A stretch of DNA of 53,611 bases, counting the filler, from Bipalium vagum (lineage: Eukaryota), in assembly GCA_037834085.1 (NCBI GenBank). It is 3 parts of 3 records of this genome, joined end to end, with 100 filler letters (N's around TTAATTAATTAA, not from the genome) between each part and the next. Parts side by side here need not be neighbours in the genome. Positions count along the whole stretch, not along the records: positions 16,504 to 32,787 come from JBBMKC010118432.1; positions 32,888 to 53,611 come from JBBMKC010247750.1; 1 more part is not named here. One strand, given 5' to 3'. The translations under genes and the position numbers were made by a program. Position 1 is the stretch's first letter. Each line of letters begins with the position of its first letter. This document shows, piece after piece, positions 24,440-36,589 of the stretch. The notes below the pieces were generated by a model, which saw only the letters and a program-made list of their open reading frames with translations, searched no databases and was not told the DNA's origin.

Positions 24440-25700
24440 TTAAAACTCTAAAACTCCATAAAAATTATTTCCTGATGACTATAAATATTTATAAATTACC
24501 TCTTTTAGCCTATTTCTTTAAAAATAAAATTACTTTTTGAGGACTGTTTTATTTTTTAAGTAATTTTAAAATAAAAATATCTGGAAATTTTTAATTGCTT
24601 TTCAAATGGTTAATTAACTTCAATTATTAATATTATTTTTAAAATTTTTATTATTAACATTTGAACCTCTTTTTCATGTCCCCCTTAACTCTATTTGTGG
24701 ATGTCTTGGGTAAACCCAATGAAATATAAATGATCTTGGTCTTACTGTGTTTTCATTCAAAAGTTTTTTACGATAATAACATTTTTTTGAATTATTCCAG
24801 CTTATTTCATTTTGTTTTGTCATAATAATTGAAAGTTTGTATTTTTTATTATACCAGATAACTTGGTATTAATATTTTCTATAAAATTTAAAAAATCATT
24901 AATTATATCTTGACCATAAAATTTATAATATTGTGATTTAATTAAATGTTCATAATTACTTTTTAAATAAATATTTAATGATAATGATTTTTGCATTTCA
25001 AGATGCATCTCTTTTTTTTCATTGTTAGCACTCTTGATGTTATTATCGGATGTAGCCTTTCGCTATGCGGATCGTCACGGATCATTACTCTGTAATTGCA
25101 ACTTTGTTAGATCATTACTAACATTTTTTATCAGATTAAATGTTTCAAAATCACCATATAATATAAATGGAACTTTATTCTTAAATTGAAAATTGTTATC
25201 CTCACAATATTCTTTATAATGAAATGTATAGATTTTGATTCTTTGTGTTATCGACACAACTTTATATGTTCATTTAAAAGATTGGGTGAATTATATGAAT
25301 TTAAACATTTTAAACAAAGATGGTTATTATTATTATTATTAGAAAATATGTTCATGTTTTTACATAAGACAATGATTTTTATATAGTAATAAATTATATT
25401 TTCTATCTTCGAAATTTGATTTTGGAAAAAAATTTTCTTTATATATTAGTAGTATGCTTTTATTGCTCCACAACTCCGCCTTTGATGGATAATTGTCTTA
25501 TAATTCAAATATATTTATACTAATATTGTTTTTTTATTAAATATTTTAAAATCTTCTATTTTTATAGGAAATTCAATATTAGTTAAATTTAATTCATTTA
25601 TATGTGGTTTATAGCTATTTAATCTTTCTGAATGAATTGTTGTTGGATGAAGATAAGCTATAATACAGAAAGTTATATATCTTTTCTTGATAACCTTCAT
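24440..25700 (-). pseudogene. Polinton/Maverick (adintovirus-like) protein-primed DNA polymerase B fragment
   Basis: FCIIAYLHP..HSERLNSYKPHINELNLTNIEFPIKIEDFKIF, HLCLKCLNSY...LNEHIKLC, KVPFILYGDFETF (ExoI) and FYGQDIINDFL occur in the order typical of Polinton pPolB. Many stops and frameshifts. Confidence 0.85.
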
Positions 25701-25704
25701 GTGA

Positions 25705-26030
25705 AGCTACAAATTTGTGATGTTTTTAAGGCAGCCTTTGTCATGGATAATGTTAAATTTCACCGTTCTTTACTTGTTATCGAAACAATATGAGAACTTG
25801 GATATCGATGTGTCTATATACTACCTTATTCTTACTTTCTAAAGTCGATTGAGGAGATGTTTGCAAAGTGAAAAGGATTGGTTCAAAGATCAGCTCATAC
25901 ATATGAATCTGATTTAATAAAACTAATTGACGATAAGATAATCTTTTTATAATCAGTGATCGTTTTGATTTTTATAAAAATATAATAAAATATCGATTAA
26001 GATGTGCAAGAAAAAAAGTGATTATGGATC
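25705..26030 (+). mobile_element. IS630/Tc1-like (DDE_3, DD34E) transposase 3' fragment
   Basis: FVMDNVKFHRS...VYILPYSYFLKSIEEMFAK*K corresponds to MDNxxFH...LPPYSPFLNPIEExFSKWK. Confidence 0.85.
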
Positions 26031-26328
26031 AAAAAATTTTCGCAATAAATGTTTTGTCTAAATTAAATAAACATGACTAAATTAAATGTAAAGCCGTGTA
26101 AATAGATTTTAAATTATAATTTTTTAAAAATCCTTGAATATTTAATTTTCTGTAGCCGAAATATTGCCTGAAAAGTTTTCCATAGTCACAGATTACAGCC
26201 GTATTGTTAAGCATCGGTGGTATTAGTATATTTATTATAAATTTAAAGAAATGCTTTATATTGAAGTATTAGTTTTTAATTCAATTAAGATTAACTTTTG
26301 TTTTATTACTTCTTTTTAGTATTTTTAA

Positions 26329-27080
26329 ATGGATTACTTAAAAGAAATTTGTCAAAATGCTTTAAATTTAAATTTAATAAATGATGATAATGATTTTTCT
26401 AATGAGATTGATTTGGAAATAGATGAAAAAGTAAGAAATATTGATTAAAATCTTTTACTGTAATATTTTGTAGGTTTCCTTGTTAAAGCAATCTAATTTA
26501 TCAAAAAGATATGAATCATTTGTAGATTCAACATGCAACGGTTATTTTTTATTTCAAAAATGTTATAATGATTTTTTAAACTTAGAAACTTTGTTAGATG
26601 CTATTTTTAAGTTACGTGAAATAATCAACAGGTTTTTAGAAAATGTTAATCAAATTCAATGTTACATTCAAAATGCCCTAGACACTAAGAGCTCATATGT
26701 TCCTCGACAATGTCAAAGGTTTTTTTATTAACTATATTTATTAAAATCACAATTACTTAATATGTATTAAATTTAGTGTACTTAACTATCAAATATAAAA
26801 ATGTCATAATACTCATTTTCAGAGATTTCGTAGCCACAGTTAACGGGATGTTGTTAATCTTTGATGACATTAAACAATTTAAACTAATTGGCACCGAAAA
26901 AATTCGTGCCATATCCAATTTAAACTTGATGGTAAATTTAATTAAATATATCACGTTAAATAAATTTATTTATAGTTGAGTAATCTTGACAAGTTTACGA
27001 ATCTAATCGATACCACCGATGATATTGGGAAAAAAATTTTGATTCTGAACCGTCAGCTGAGATGTATTGATTTACTTTGA
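26329..27080 (+). CDS. Five-exon host gene, 171 aa, helical; possible divergent HAUS2 (augmin subunit 2)
   Basis: Exons 26329-26430, 26474-26540, 26586-26718, 26823-26931 and 26976-27080 total 516 nt and read open from ATG to TGA. GT-AG introns of 43, 45, 104 and 44 nt. The product call is by-eye resemblance only. Confidence 0.75.
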
Positions 27081-27327
27081 TTAACCTGTGTCTGTTTTCG
27101 TGTAAATCTATATTTTTAATTAAATATTTTCAAATTTCCTGTTTTTTTTCCAAAGAATAGTTTGAGCAATTATTGAGTTTTCTTTCATTTCTTTTCAACA
27201 TTTTTTATTCATACAGTTTAAAAATTTAATATTGACTTGTTAATTAATTGTCTTTTGCAAAAATATAGTCATGGTTTCTATTCTGGATCAGTACTATTTG
27301 TAACGATTATAAAGGATTTATTATAAT

Positions 27328-28455
27328 TAGGTGCCTGAAAAAAATTTGTTAACCATTTAAATCCATTAACAAATTTTTAAATTTAATTTAACCGTCAAAT
27401 TTTTGTTGGATCGAAATATTTTAAACATCCATAAAAATATGAAAATTTTGTGCTAATCCTTTAAAACCTAAAATGAATAAAGATTTGTTGAGATATTCAG
27501 ATTATAAATGCTACTAGACCTTTATATCATTATGCCCACGTGTAACTGGATTAATTTGAAATCGATCTCCGAAAGACTTGGATCATTCCAAATGATCACA
27601 ATTGAATGAAAATAGGAAATTCAATTTAGCATTTCAATACTTCATTAAAAATTTGTCTTTAAAATGATAGTACGACCATATTAAACTGCTCATAGACATG
27701 GTTTTTTCCAAAGTTATGGATAAAAAGCGTTACTCTAAAATTCTTGCAGAACGGAATCAATGGGCCACAGGGCATCCCATTAATAGATTATTCGCCATTG
27801 ACTGTTTTCCGTTGTGAGTATATCGGAATTCCAATGAGACAGAATGTTTCAATGGTTGTCCGCATTCTAACCCATCCCAATTACTGGAGTTGGAGTTCAA
27901 TCCAAGCAATTGATATCGCAATAAAAAATATTATTCCCGGCTTGCGTTTGGATCTCATCGCTGATGTTCTGGAAATATTTAAGAACAAACCGATCTATTG
28001 TTGGCAAGTTTCACAGATCAACTGAAGCGGTAAATGGAAGATAATATCTCAGTTTCAGCTGAAAATCATGGGCAATTTAAAATTTGACATTTTTTTTACC
28101 ATTAAGACGGAAATATCAATATCATGTAAGGACAGTTTAAATTTTTACATTTTTCAATGGGAAACTTGGAACTAAACGTCAAAAGTGAGATCGCTTCCCT
28201 TTTGTTCCTAATTGTCAATTGATATATAGAGATTTACAGAGTTCTGCCATTTTTGAAGATATTCCATTTCGTAATTTAGTTGAGACTCTTTTCTGATGAA
28301 AATATTATTTCTGAAAAATATTAATTTTTTATAATCAACAATCATGAAATGTGACCCTAAAGAGGACCGTATTTAGTTCTCTAAATCTAAAAAATCTTCA
28401 AAATTTAATTTACTTTATATAACCAATAGGTGACCCTCGAATTTTCAGGCACTTA
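27328..28455. mobile_element. Possible TIR element of unknown family
   Basis: Inverted ends taggtgcctgaaaa and ttttcaggcactta (13/14) about 1.1 kb apart. The GC-richer interior contains an unrecognised ORF at 27744-28025. Confidence 0.35.
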
Positions 28456-28462
28456 GTTTATA

Positions 28463-28611
28463 TATACTAGTGAGCCAAATTTTTGACACCCTTAAAAGTC
28501 TGTATTATCTATTGAATTAAGTTTATAAGGATATAAACTTATGTAAACTCAATTTGTAAAATATCAATTTTGATTAAAAAAAATTAGTCAAAAATTTTGC
28601 TCACTAGTATA
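28463..28611. mobile_element. Tc1-type MITE or extreme deletion derivative
   Basis: 25-bp inverted ends including TA: tatactagtgagccaaatttttgac and gtcaaaaattttgctcactagtata (24/25). 149 bp, non-coding. Confidence 0.85.
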
Positions 28612-28979
28612 TTAACCAAATTTTAATATAGAAATTGTAAATAAAAATGGCATTATAAATGATAAATTTTTGTAAAGCACATAATGTAAATAAAAATCAG
28701 GTGAGATTCATTTTTGAAAAGTTTAGTCAAATAATCTGATTCACTAAATATATATTATTTTGGTGTTATTATTATAAAAAATGTCAATTCATGAATATAA
28801 CTAATATATTATCAGTTGCATATCATTGATGATCAAGGCTTTCAAGAGTTTACTGGTGGGGATTTATTACCGTTCTCAAACTTCCAAATGACCCTTGTTT
28901 TCATTTTTCAAAATAAAATAATAATAGGTAATAATTTATTAAATAATTCAGATAATATCAACCATATTGCTGACTTTGA

Positions 28980-29200
28980 AAACCCAGGTTTGAAAAGGAA
29001 GTCAAAGGTTACATATTCTCATTTGGAAATTAAAATGAAATCTTGGATTGACATAATGAAGATTGACGGAGCCACTTTAAATGAAATATTTTCAAAATTT
29101 TCAGAACAACTTGGAATTACGAGTTTCAAAAACTCACCCGGTTGGTTAAATAAATTTAAAAGCGAAATGAATACCAACTAAGACGCCTCACAGAGGCGGT
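28980..29200 (+). mobile_element. pogo/Tigger transposase CENP-B-type HTH fragment
   Basis: YSHLEIKMKSWI...QLGITSFKNSPGWLNKFK corresponds to the YPELE..L..W...FKASxGWLxRFK motif. Confidence 0.75.
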
Positions 29201-29299
29201 GACATTCAATCAGTAATTACAAATAATAATTTTTTTAATAGATTTAATAGAAAATATCCAGGAGAATTACATTTAAAATCGTTATATCCTTTTAATAAA

Positions 29300-29656
29300 A
29301 CAAATGCTGTGCACCAATATACTAGGCCAGGGTCACATATTGATAAAAGATTAGAAAACTATAATGAAATAATAGAAAATTACAATGAAACTGGAAAACT
29401 AGATATACCTCCAATTCGTAAGCCTGATTCAATTCCAATAAATAGGGTTGATCAAGCTGCAATGAAACATGCTGTAAAATATATTTCCAATGATTTAAAA
29501 GATAGACATATTGCTGATGTTGAAATGACACATGAAATGAACCAAATTCAAAATCCAACTCCAAGAGAAAAACTTAAAGAGCAATAGTAAAAATAATTAT
29601 GAAAGGTAAAGTGGCTTTCGGATTAAGTTTACCAAGAGCTGCTAAAATATTGCAAA
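29300..29656 (+). pseudogene. Polinton/adintovirus parvovirus-type phospholipase A2-like domain
   Basis: HQYTRPGSHIDKRL (YxGPG loop), PINRVDQAAMKHAVKY (DxAAxxHDxxY), DLKDRHIAD..M, NPTPREK, then by frameshift AIVKIIMKGKVAFGL. Confidence 0.8.
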
Positions 29657-30464
29657 TATTACGATATTATTTCACTTATTGTAATACTTATTTCACTATA
29701 ACACTAAGCTCGCAAAGTTACTGACCCATTCACTTTTAATTATACGTGTACGTAAATGAATGAATCAAACAACTACGAACAACACTTTATTGCTAAACTA
29801 ACAATAACAAACAATAACAAAATGTTTCAAATGATCAATAAAATGTCTGCAATCAATCACTCTGAAAATCAACGTCAATAATAATTAATTAAACTAAACT
29901 CAAATAATTAAATATCAATATAAATTAAAGGATTAAATATCAATTAATTTAAAAAGAAAAAAACAAAATCAAGATATTCTCACCACTTGTGACGACAGGT
30001 CCAAAGGGTGGTTAGCTGAGCCCAATCCGGTCCGCTCAGAAAGCCCCTAATAGCACAGGACCCGTCGTGAGCTCCTGTCGCAGAGAGGGCATAAAGAATG
30101 GTTACTGTTAAAGGCTTGCACGTCTCATGAATTCAGTTTCTTCCAACGCCTCGTAGAATTTGTCTCGTCTCTTAGAGTTCTGTTTCTTCCGACGTCTGAA
30201 AGAATATTGTGGCAATCCACTGCGTATTCCACCTCTTTATATACCATTCTGATCAGACGACTAATCAGTAGTAGATCAGTTTTTCCTTTTTAGATCGATA
30301 ATTCTAAATTGGTACCTCCTTGCGAACCCTGATCTAATCTTGGCAATTAAGGTTCGCCTTTGTCAAGATTAGATCCCTTAAAAATAATAATTAATTGCCC
30401 ATTTTTGTTTTAATGTACTTTTTAATTAATTTATTATTATTATTATTATTAATTAATAATTATT

Positions 30465-30499
<35 letters not shown>

Positions 30500-30579
30500 T
30501 TATTTCTGACTCTTTTGCGGTCTTAATGATCAATTTATAATAATGATAACTAATCTAGACCCTATTGCGATCTCTAACA
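29657..30579 (-). mobile_element. Solo-LTR-like insertion splitting the Polinton segment
   Basis: Minus strand runs TGTTAGAG...CGTAATA, with TATATAAAG at about 30235-30243 and AATAAA at about 29787-29792. Removing it rejoins the flanks in frame (AAKILQ|ILLQGFTG). Confidence 0.7.
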
Positions 30580-31510
30580 TACTTTTACAAGGGTTTACAG
30601 GAATGTGTCCTTGGCTAACCCAACACAAATGAAAAACTATTTGAAGGCAAAGAAAAATTAAAACCAGAAAATAAAAAAAATTAGCAAATGAACTTCATAA
30701 AGAATTTAGGAAACCCAAAAAGTTTAAGTTTTTAATAAAGATGATATTTTGTCAGCAGACTTAGCATTTGTACCAGGAAAAAAAGATTATAAAATAATTT
30801 TAACTGTAATTGTCTTATCTACAAGATATGATTTTGCTACTCCTTTAAAAAATAAAACTGGAAAATCTATAAAATATGCATTTGATGAAATATTTAGAGA
30901 CCATCAAAGAAAGTAAAAAAATTATTGGTTGATAAACGTACTTAATTTTACAATAAAATATTTGAAGAATTTTGTGATGATAATATAATAGAAATTTATT
31001 CAACAGAGAATGAAGGTAAAGTTGTAGTCATTGAAATATTTAATAAAACCCTAAAGAATATAATTTTTTAAAAACTTACAGAACAAGGAAATAGAAAATG
31101 GTTAAACTTATACCAAATTTAATAAATATTTATAACAATAAAATTAATTCTTAAATTAGAATTTCTCCAAATGAAGTTCCAAAAATCCAGCCAATTTTAG
31201 TCAATCCAGAATAATTAAAAGTAAAAAATAATACAATTGAAAATACTAATTCAACGAAGTTGACAAAGCCTTCGGCCGATCCATAAAAATTAAAACCAAA
31301 ATATAATATTGGTGACCATGTAAGAATACTTAAATATAAAAATAAACTTGAAAGAGGATATACAGCAAATTTGAATAACGAAATTTTTACTATTAATAAA
31401 TTTTACAACCAAGGGTGCCCATTTTAAAAATCCAATTGCTTATTGATTAATTGATTTTAAAGGAGAAAGAATATTTGGGAGGTTTAATGAGAATGAGATA
31501 CAAAAGATAT
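30580..31510 (+). pseudogene. Polinton/Maverick retroviral-like (rve) integrase
   Basis: LANELHK..RK, SADL, ILTVI..STRY..ATPLKNKTG, LLVDKRT*FYN, IEIYSTENEGKVVVIEIFNKTLK, KYNIGDHVRI, RGYTANLNNEIFTI and GERIFGRFNENEIQK are canonical Polinton integrase motifs. Stops present. Confidence 0.92.
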
Positions 31511-32187
31511 CTTTTAAAACAGTTCTTTTTAATTCGAAAAAACTTTATTTCGTTTTACTAATGAATCCTCCTCCCAGTTATCAATCAATGTGTTAAGTTT
31601 TGATGTTTAAGAGAACTTGCTTAAATCTTATATATCTGTCTAAAACTTAACTTAGCTCGTATAATATGAATTTTATCAGAAGGGTTTAAAGAGTGTAACA
31701 TTCGTTTTTTAAATTATGTAAGAGGTTGCGCTTGTTTATTTTTGAATCGACTGGGTTAAGGTAAATGCGTGCAGATGATCAATACTTATAAACCAAATCG
31801 TAAATATGACTTTCAATAAAAATTTGTGATCACTAAGACAAAATCAAAACAATTAAATATTATTAGTTTAAAAATTTTATTTTTATATCAATTCAAAAAC
31901 TTCTACAATGCTTTGTTGAACAAACTTAAAAACTTCAAATTTATTATTAATGATAAGTCCCGGAAATATTCGTTTATACTCTTTGCTAGCTTGGCCTAAA
32001 GAGTCCTCAAATTCAAAAAGCGCTCCTCCGCCCTACTTGACGTCGAAGAAGCAAAAAGATTATAGGAGGAAAACAGATAAAAATATTTTGATGCTGGAAC
32101 AACAATTGGGGATCTATCCAATTGCTTAATTCCGTTTTTTATTTTAAACGTATTTACAATAGTCAACTTGTGATCAAATTGATATTG

Positions 32188-32703
32188 TTAAATATAATGT
32201 AAAAAAATAATAAATGTAAAAAAATATTTACGTAAGAATATAGGAACTGAGATATTTCTGAATCGAAATAACCTTTTGATACGAATCGGTAGATAATTGT
32301 TTATTCCGTTTAGTGATTTGAATTTTTGGACGATCCTTTTTCCTTTATCTCTGTTGATGATTGTTGCTCCTTTTGTAATTTCCTTGTAGGTCGAAGATTC
32401 TGTACGCGTTAATTTTTTTTTCTTCGGCAAGTTGATGAATGAATCCTCGTCAGTCGTTTTTTTGTTCTTTTCCTTCTTCTTTCTCTCTTTTTTTCTTTTT
32501 TTAATATAAGTTTCGTCTGCCTTATATAATGTGTTTCGTTTCTGAGTTCGTATCCTGTTACTGACAGATGACAAATATCTGATCTGCTGTCGTAATAGTT
32601 GATATCTGGATTCCGTGAATAATGCTTGTAAAGGATTGATTATGATCTGGTTACTAATTCTAATCGACGTTTGAGTTGGTTTACTGCGTCTTATTACTGA
32701 CAA
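32188..32703 (-). mobile_element. Possible Penelope-like ORF N-terminal remnant
   Basis: A basic region is followed by FINLPKKKKLTRTESS (INLSxxxLTxxE) and IINRDKGKRIV (DKG motif preceding Penelope RT). The motifs are compressed and no RT core follows. Confidence 0.4.
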
Positions 32704-32787
32704 AAATTTTTATTTATTTATTTATTTTTACTGAATTCTCAGGATTTAGAATTATTTTTATTTATTTATTTATTATTTTATTTATTT

Positions 32788-32887
32788 NNNNNNNNNNNNN
32801 NNNNNNNNNNNNNNNNNNNNNNNNNNNNNNNTTAATTAATTAANNNNNNNNNNNNNNNNNNNNNNNNNNNNNNNNNNNNNNNNNNNN
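32788..32887. other. Artificial scaffold linker (44N + TTAATTAATTAA + 44N)
   Basis: Same 100-nt structure as 16404-16503. Confidence 0.97.
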
Positions 32888-33309
32888 TAAAAAAATGGCT
32901 AATCAAATTAAATCATGTGTCATATAATAATAATAAAGTGATGTATTAAAACAAAATTTTTAATTTGTTATGCTAAAATATGGTATATTAAAATAACATA
33001 CAAATATTTGACCTTACATTGTTTTATATGTGCTGCTTTCAGAACTTTTCACGCAGCCTATATTAAACAACGTACAAGGGTTGTAAATGTTAAGATTTGT
33101 GACTGAATTATTCAATAAACTTTAGTATTGATTTTTCCAATTTTTTCACATAATTATAATTGAGAATTGATTAAGGCAATAGGTATCATAGAAAATTTTC
33201 AAAATAATCAGTATTTGTGTGATCTTTATATTGAACAAGATGAATATAAATTAGCCGTACATCTGTAACAGTTGATAAATCTGCAATTATTTACTTACAT
33301 TAATTGTAG

Positions 33310-33532
33310 CAGTTTAGCTCATCCGCCATATTTGTCAGACATAGCGCCATCTAATTTCCATTTATTCAGATTGATGGCACATGCACTGCCGGAACGGCGC
33401 TTTCACAAATATGTTGAAATCATATTTTGGCTCGATGAATAGATTTTGTCTAAAGAAGAAAATTTCTTTTACAATGGCATTCACAAGTTACCAGAAATTT
33501 AGACCAATGTTATAGCCAACAAGGGAAATATA
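33310..33532 (+). mobile_element. Mos1-like mariner transposase C-terminal fragment
   Basis: LAHPPYLSDIAPSNFHLFRLMAHALPERRF...WLDE*ILSKEENFFYNGIHKLPE parallels the Mos1 C-terminus. Confidence 0.9.
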
Positions 33533-34929
33533 ATATGTATAATATAATATAATAATGGCTTATAATAATAATATAAATATAATATAACTATGTGTTGTGA
33601 CTTCAAAATAAATGCATTTTGTTTTTCCGCAAAATTAACTGCTACACATAATATTTACGTTTTATTACTCGTTGATGTGTAATATTTGAAATTGCTTTAT
33701 TAATATTTTCAACTTTTATGCATCTTTTATTAATCTTTTGTGAGGTTGAGCATTGAAAAAAGTAAAAATTGCGGAATTCAAACATTTCATTATTTATCAA
33801 CACTGGAAAATTATGATTCTCATTAAATAATTGATTAACGCGATCTATAAAAAAATAATCAAAAAACCAAATCTATTCAAAGGAAGTCGCAAATTTCCGG
33901 ATAAAAACTTTAATTAAATCCTTCAAGAAATATTCAAAACGTCACTTCATATGAAAGAAACTAAAACTGTAAGGAAAACTGTTCTTTTGTTTTCATCCTT
34001 TTATTTTCTTGATCAAATGTATTATTTCTTTTAATTTTCAAATTAGTTTGTTTGTTTCATAGATTTTAATAAATAAAATTATTTCAATTAAAGCACCATT
34101 CACTTCTCACATTATTTTTTAGATGAAGTTGGTTAATATTGTATCTCAACAATTAGGATTAATCATTATTATTAATGAAATTCATTGATAATTATAAAAA
34201 CCATTTTGTCATAAAAGAAACGTGAAATTAAACATCACAAGATGTAATGACTTAAAGATTTTTTGATAATGAAAAAATGTTAATTTAATTACCAATGTAA
34301 CTATTTTGTTCAACTTAAATTGAAACAGCAGAGTTGCCTGCAAAAACAATTTCTTGGTCGACCATTTTTTGATGGACGATTTTATTGGATTATTCAAACA
34401 AATTTAATAAATCAATATATCATTAGAATTCTGAAAATCTGCTGCTTACATTGAAAATAAACAAGCAACAAAAATTGTATTATTATCAAAATTATTTAAA
34501 TTAAACATAGGTGCAAATTTTTCATTTAACCATATAAAAAATACAATATAATAAAATTATGATATTTAAATTGTAAATTAACTTAGTAATATTAATTATA
34601 AATAAAGAAGCTTATTTTAATTATATAAACATAGAAAAGTAAATGTTTTGGAATGAAAAAATAGAACAATAAAGATTATAAATTATTCGAAAGTTATTGT
34701 AATTTCATAAACTTGAACTATTTAAATGAAAAAATTAGAAATGAAAATTTCGATATGTAAAATCTTAAGATTAAAAATTTAGACAGTTAGATATTATTGA
34801 AATTACAAAAATACGTTTTAGAAAATTTGAATTTTTTAATATTATAATATACACTTTCTGTCATTTTTAAAGGAAAAAATAAATAACTATTTTTCAAATA
34901 ACAAATAAAATTAATTGAATCAAATCTGT

Positions 34930-35720
34930 TGAATTTTGTTTGATAACCTTTCGCCATTGATCTACTAAATTCATAATTTCATCACTATGAAATTTCTAAG
35001 ATTCCTAATCAAATAGCAATGTATTTTTCAGTGTTCTCTTGAAACAATTGAGACACGCTGAATGCATCCAAACTTCTTACCTAAGATCTTTATTTTTTGG
35101 TCAGCCAATAAATATATGTTTGATCTCGTGGTATTTATCATCTCTGAATTTAATCTTTAAAGTTGCTGATAATAGAATATAGAATCAATTGTTTGACCAG
35201 TTTTTTAGGAGCTCATAATGGACGACTTCTTTAAAATTCCATAAAACAGACTTCAATACCTTTCTTGAAGGCAATCGTTTTTGGAGCTTCATCTTTTATT
35301 TTAAACTTTTTTTCTGATATTATTATTATACTCTAACAATATTTTATCTCGGGTAATAATACTTTTAAGAGATGGTTAAATTTTGAGATACTCAAAAATC
35401 AAGCGTTTCCAGATAATTTAAAATAGCTTGTTGATAAAAATACCTAGATCATTAGCAATATCATAAGTACTTACATAACTACTTACTACTTGTATGTTTG
35501 TTTGATAATTTTCACGATTTTGTCGTCTTTATCTGCAATTGGTCGGTCAGTGCGAGATGCAAAACCCTTTCTTCCTCGTTCTTTCTGTATGGAATCAGAT
35601 CCATAAACGACACAGTTTTTGATGGTATGAGTGGTATCTTTCCCCTTTAGGAAATAAATTTCAGAATACATTGGATTTCTTCTTTATTTTAATGTTTTTT
35701 GAGACCTATTTTCATTCGAA
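34930..35720 (-). mobile_element. Heavily decayed mariner, related to 18824-19260
   Basis: YFLKGKDT...VYGSDSI, RTDRPIADKDDKIVKII, DEAPKTIA, VVHYELL. Confidence 0.7.
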
Positions 35721-36589
35721 TAGACAAATGATATTAGTATAATTGTTTATAATTATTTATTCTCAGGATTTGATTTTACTAAAAGCTTCCTTGAAAATTG
35801 AATTTAAAACTTATATATTGGCTTATATATATTCAAACTAAAACAGTTATTGACAAAAACGGTGGAAACTTTTCAGGTTATAACAAATTTTCAAAGATAA
35901 TTGAATTGAGAAAAATCTATTCAAAGATGGTGCATACATATCTAAAATTATATCTGTCCGATTTATTAAACAGGACTAGAAAATATAATAAAATGATTAA
36001 TGGAGAAATTCCGTCTTTATTTCTTTTAACTCACTAAATACGAATAAGTTTGAAGGGAAAATCGGGGATTAATTGTAATCATTTTTTGTTATAATATAGA
36101 AAAAATAAAATCAAAGATTTTATCAATAAAAATATTTTAAAGTGCAGAGATTTTAGAAGTAATATTAATTCGGTAGAGCAAAACAATTATTATTTACAAA
36201 AAATATTCTTAATTGTCTAATTATATCTGTTTTCTTTTAAATTTTTAATATCTTTTATAATAAAACATTTTCAATATTATATAGGGGAAGATTTTTCGCA
36301 TTTTATAAAACGTTTAAATCGATTAGAAAAATAAAAAAAGCTATGCACCTTTTAAATCGATAATCTTTTGGCATTTTCAGGTAGAATAATTATCCCATAA
36401 GTGACAAAGTTCTTGGATTTTTTGCGGAAAATTTTGATAAATAAATAATTTAATTTAATTTACAACGATTTATTAGTTTTAACATTGCAGTACACATAAA
36501 GGTTTTCTTCTCAATTTGATTGTTTTCGAATATTGTCTTCTTCCGTTAGGTTAATACACTGCTTTTGATTTTTGTGTTTTCTTAACAAG

